Source: a phage
DNA: 43,091 nucleotides
Direction: 5' to 3' (one strand)
Assembly (NCBI GenBank): GCA_021146305.1
Contig: GCA_021146305.1_4336.1
In this document: piece by piece, positions 40,248 to 43,091 of the stretch
Layout: every line of letters starts with the position of its first letter
Position numbering within the stretch: the first letter of the stretch is position 1
The notes under the pieces: model-generated
What the model was told of the DNA's origin: nothing
The model's input: only the letters and a program-made list of their open reading frames with translations
Databases searched by the model: none
Program-made: the position numbers and the translations under genes

Positions 40248-42584
40248 TTAACTGTTTGTCAGGGTAGCCACTAATGTCTCAAGCGCTATAATCCTTTTCT
40301 CTAACTGAGCTGCTTTACGTCGCTGTAACGCAGCCTCTAATATCAATACCTCATCATAACGAATACCATACCGCTCCCCTGCCGCCGTAGCTTTTGTTAA
40401 TACTTCCCCAGATTCCTCATCAATAATTTCCGGAGACGCTTCCCACTTATCGTAGCACAGGAAACCGTACTTAGTCGCGTCCAACCCGTGCCGGGTAAAC
40501 GCCTCAATTGCTCGTTGGGCTACTACTCCAAAGTGCCACCTAGCTGCATCCTCCCCCTTCTCTGCAACCCTATCCAGGTACTTATATTGAACTAAATTAA
40601 CTTCAGCCCAAGCGTCTAACATAGCGTCAGTTAATTCCAGGGGTAGTGTCTTGGCTCTCTCGTCAGACGTAACCGTAAACGCTGTTTGAGTGAATCCGCC
40701 GGACAAAGCTCTACTTGCCGACCCGATAGCGACGGTGTTTGCACTGGATGGTGTAATAGCCGTCGGGGCTATTTGAATATACGCCGATGCGTCAGAGGCT
40801 AAGCGTAAATAACCATTAACCAGAGAAATAGTTCGAGAAGTACCATCAGATGTGAGTAATTTTATCTGAGAGGTCGTACCTCCACCAATAGCCAAAGATG
40901 TAGCCCCGTCGGAAATTAGTCTGAATTTATCAGCTGTCACAAAAGGCAATGCAGAAGTATTTATATACTTAGTGAACCACTCAAACCTACCGGACATGGA
41001 CCCTATGTATTGTCCTATAGCGGGGGCGTGTACCACGTTACTGGTGGTAGTACCATCAATGCTAGAGACTCCGGTTATAGTAGATCGTGAACTAAGAAGA
41101 CTGTTCTTGGGTCCAGGGTGCTTTACTTCCACAAAGTTACGGGTAGTCCCTGTCTCTAGTGTAACAACCCCGGAAGCACTATACATAGGGAAAACCGATG
41201 CGTAGTTATTACTAGCTCCGTCTAAAAACCTAATAGAAGTCGCGGTTTGCGTTTGCCCTAAACTATTAGTTCCGCTGCACCCAACCATTAGAATATTATC
41301 AGCGGCATTATAGTTGCCTTGTAATGTAACGCCGTGTGCTTGCGTGGCCTCGGAGGAGGAGTAATCAGCTACAACATTTGTCACCAGATTACCTGAACCC
41401 TCGCCGGCGACCACAGCGGCATACTTAGCGTTATTAGCAACAACATTACTGATAATATTACTGCTAGGGGCATTGGTCGTCTCGGTGCCATTATAAACAA
41501 CGTGCTGACAGCTTTGCCCAATGACGCCACTAACAACATTACATTTAGCATCTGTTTTCAACTCAACCGCCCCGAATTGGGGGTAGTTTCGGGCGATAAC
41601 ATCGTTGATTATAGTATTACTTGCGGACTCAAACAGCACGCACCCCGCTTTTTTATTTGTAGCATACCCGGAGTAGTCACCCCGTATGCCGCTTACAATG
41701 TATCCAGACGGACCCCCATCGCTAGGGTATGCTACTAAACTAAATCCAGTTCCCTTTGCATTTTTAAAATCAATACCTTTAATAGTAACGTCCTGCCCAC
41801 CGGCGAAGGAAACCTGCTGACCCTGTGTGAAGTCCGTTGCCTTATTTCCTACAATACTCAGGGTGCTAAGTAGCCCTCCTGCAGGTTTATCAAAGATTAA
41901 GTGGTTTCCAGAATCGTTTGATTGTTTTAAAACCCCACCCCCTGTTCCGAATAGAGAGCATGTCGGGTGGGAGAGTAGCGACGTACTATACTCCCCTTGC
42001 GGTACAAGCACCCCGTTACTAGCTGTAAGCGCTCGGTTAAGGGCGTTTGTGTAATCAGGGTCAGTACCTAAATAGAAGTCCAGAACGGAAACTACTTCTC
42101 TATTTTTATCGTGTTGCGTCCTGCCGACAGCGTCGGTAAATGGTTGTCGGACGCCGACCATGGCATCACCTAATGTCGCATTGTCTGTGCTGGATAAATC
42201 ATTGCGCAAATCCGGGTCAGTCTGCGGCTTCCAGTTAGCGTCACCAACCGGGTTAAACGATGCGGGGACAACAACCGGCAGAGTCCCGGTATACGAGTAC
42301 CACGTCTTGCTTACAGGGTCATACACCACTTTGTCGCGGTCATTAGCGGTTAACGTACCACCAGTGGAAAAGTCCCATGACACCGGAGAAAAACCAGCGT
42401 CACGCAACACGGCTGGTAACGTCTTTTGGGTCTGCCCTGTAACGGCATTTGTCGCGTAATCAATATCGGCGCCACCTGCAATACCTCCAGATTTGCCAGT
42501 GATAACCTCGGCTTCGAAAATCTGGTGTTTCTTGGCGGTTTGTAAATCCGCCAGGCTTAAAACGTCACCGCATCCGCTTGACAT
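40248..42584 (-). CDS. tailspike / depolymerase-type receptor-binding protein with C-terminal intramolecular chaperone
   Basis: 778 aa; strong AGAGGA RBS; Gly/Asn/Thr/Ser-rich central region; C-terminal ~139 aa begins TSDERAK (S codon 40665-40667), the signature of the peptidase S74 auto-cleaving chaperone domain. Confidence 0.75.
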   Translation of the reverse strand: MSSGCGDVLSLADLQTAKKHQIFEAEVITGKSGGIAGGADIDYATNAVTGQTQKTLPAVLRDAGFSPVSWDFSTGGTLTANDRDKVVYDPVSKTWYSYTGTLPVVVPASFNPVGDANWKPQTDPDLRNDLSSTDNATLGDAMVGVRQPFTDAVGRTQHDKNREVVSVLDFYLGTDPDYTNALNRALTASNGVLVPQGEYSTSLLSHPTCSLFGTGGGVLKQSNDSGNHLIFDKPAGGLLSTLSIVGNKATDFTQGQQVSFAGGQDVTIKGIDFKNAKGTGFSLVAYPSDGGPSGYIVSGIRGDYSGYATNKKAGCVLFESASNTIINDVIARNYPQFGAVELKTDAKCNVVSGVIGQSCQHVVYNGTETTNAPSSNIISNVVANNAKYAAVVAGEGSGNLVTNVVADYSSSEATQAHGVTLQGNYNAADNILMVGCSGTNSLGQTQTATSIRFLDGASNNYASVFPMYSASGVVTLETGTTRNFVEVKHPGPKNSLLSSRSTITGVSSIDGTTTSNVVHAPAIGQYIGSMSGRFEWFTKYINTSALPFVTADKFRLISDGATSLAIGGGTTSQIKLLTSDGTSRTISLVNGYLRLASDASAYIQIAPTAITPSSANTVAIGSASRALSGGFTQTAFTVTSDERAKTLPLELTDAMLDAWAEVNLVQYKYLDRVAEKGEDAARWHFGVVAQRAIEAFTRHGLDATKYGFLCYDKWEASPEIIDEESGEVLTKATAAGERYGIRYDEVLILEAALQRRKAAQLEKRIIALETLVATLTNS

Positions 42585-42596
42585 ATAGAGTCCTCT

Positions 42597-43022
42597 TTAA
42601 TTAAAACCATTGCTGAATCCGTCGGAGAAACCGCTGCCGTATGGCGCGACGCCGTCGTATTTATAGAATCCGTCGTCATAGTTGTAGCCAGTAATCTTGA
42701 CCGTGCGGTCGTCGCCGGGGTCGATTGAAGAAACAACTATCTTCTGAGCATTATGCCTTGCTTCGTTGCCGAATGAAAACTCAGTTTTTAGTGCGCTATT
42801 CCCCGTGTAGATTGCTTCCTCCGGCGCGGAGAGCATAATCACCTCGCGGTCGTGGCTTCCTTTAATAACGGAGATACTCTGTACAGAGCCATCGCGCTTC
42901 TTAAGAATGATGGAATGGTCATCACCAGGAGTAAACGTAACAGGCTGAGACAGCGTCAGCGTAAGGCCATTGACGGCAACAACATAACCATCCTGCGGCG
43001 CGATACGCGAGCCTTTAACCAC
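42597..43022 (-). CDS. hypothetical tail-associated protein; start uncertain
   Basis: 141-aa track ORF beginning at GTG; the frame is open to the window end (43091) and continues in the same frame at the window start if the ends are joined; lies between the J-like gene and the tailspike. Confidence 0.4.
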   Translation of the reverse strand: MVKGSRIAPQDGYVVAVNGLTLTLSQPVTFTPGDDHSIILKKRDGSVQSISVIKGSHDREVIMLSAPEEAIYTGNSALKTEFSFGNEARHNAQKIVVSSIDPGDDRTVKITGYNYDDGFYKYDGVAPYGSGFSDGFSNGFN

Positions 43023-43091
43023 ACTGATTACGCCGCCGGGAGTAGCGAGAGCGCCTTCTTCGGTAGCTTCGAACTCTACGACAACTTTACT

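Noticed and set aside
42597-43091. Treating the 42597 ORF and the J-like gene at the window start as one wrapped gene
   Set aside because: The frames differ by one nucleotide across the junction, and the J-like frame reaches a TAA stop 5 nt after the junction, so these are two separate genes.
1-43091. Integrated prophage or other mobile element with integrase / attachment sites
   Set aside because: No integrase, transposase or flanking host genes recognised; the whole window is phage-like and appears circularly contiguous.

Overview
The window (43,091 bp) reads as an essentially complete genome of a tailed dsDNA phage with siphovirus-like organisation. All calls come from reading the sequence and ORF track by eye; no database search or folding program was run, so protein family assignments are motif-level recognition only. 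Layout: minus strand 1-22,060 carries tail genes (J-like fibre, NlpC/P60, tape measure, chaperones with a candidate -1 frameshift, major tail), neck genes, Ig-like proteins, major capsid, scaffold, Rz/Rz1-type spanins, head morphogenesis, portal and terminase. Minus strand 22,230-27,175 carries many small early ORFs plus a holin / holin-like / GH24 endolysin cassette. Plus strand 27,656-40,216 carries the replication module (HTH, primase/helicase-like P-loop protein, Cas4-like exonuclease, SSB-like, family A DNA polymerase, VRR-NUC, compact C5-methyltransferase-like, SNF2 helicase, TOPRIM), interrupted by a minus-strand XRE repressor. Minus strand 40,248-43,091 carries a tailspike with C-terminal intramolecular chaperone and one further ORF. 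Three plus-strand islands interrupt the structural block: 6,648-9,146 (phosphoesterase + HAD phosphatase + P-loop kinase), 15,881-16,474 (lipoprotein + micro-peptides) and 18,061-18,803 (KilA-N). The strongest non-coding signals are a duplicated ~145-bp promoter-plus-leader module with a covarying stem (15,672-15,826 and 27,405-27,548), a palindromic operator-like motif in at least seven promoters, and 30-bp tandem repeats at 26,357-26,446. The best candidates for an undescribed system are the duplicated leader module and the three-enzyme island; neither is established here. No tRNA, rRNA, CRISPR array, integrase or transposase was recognised.
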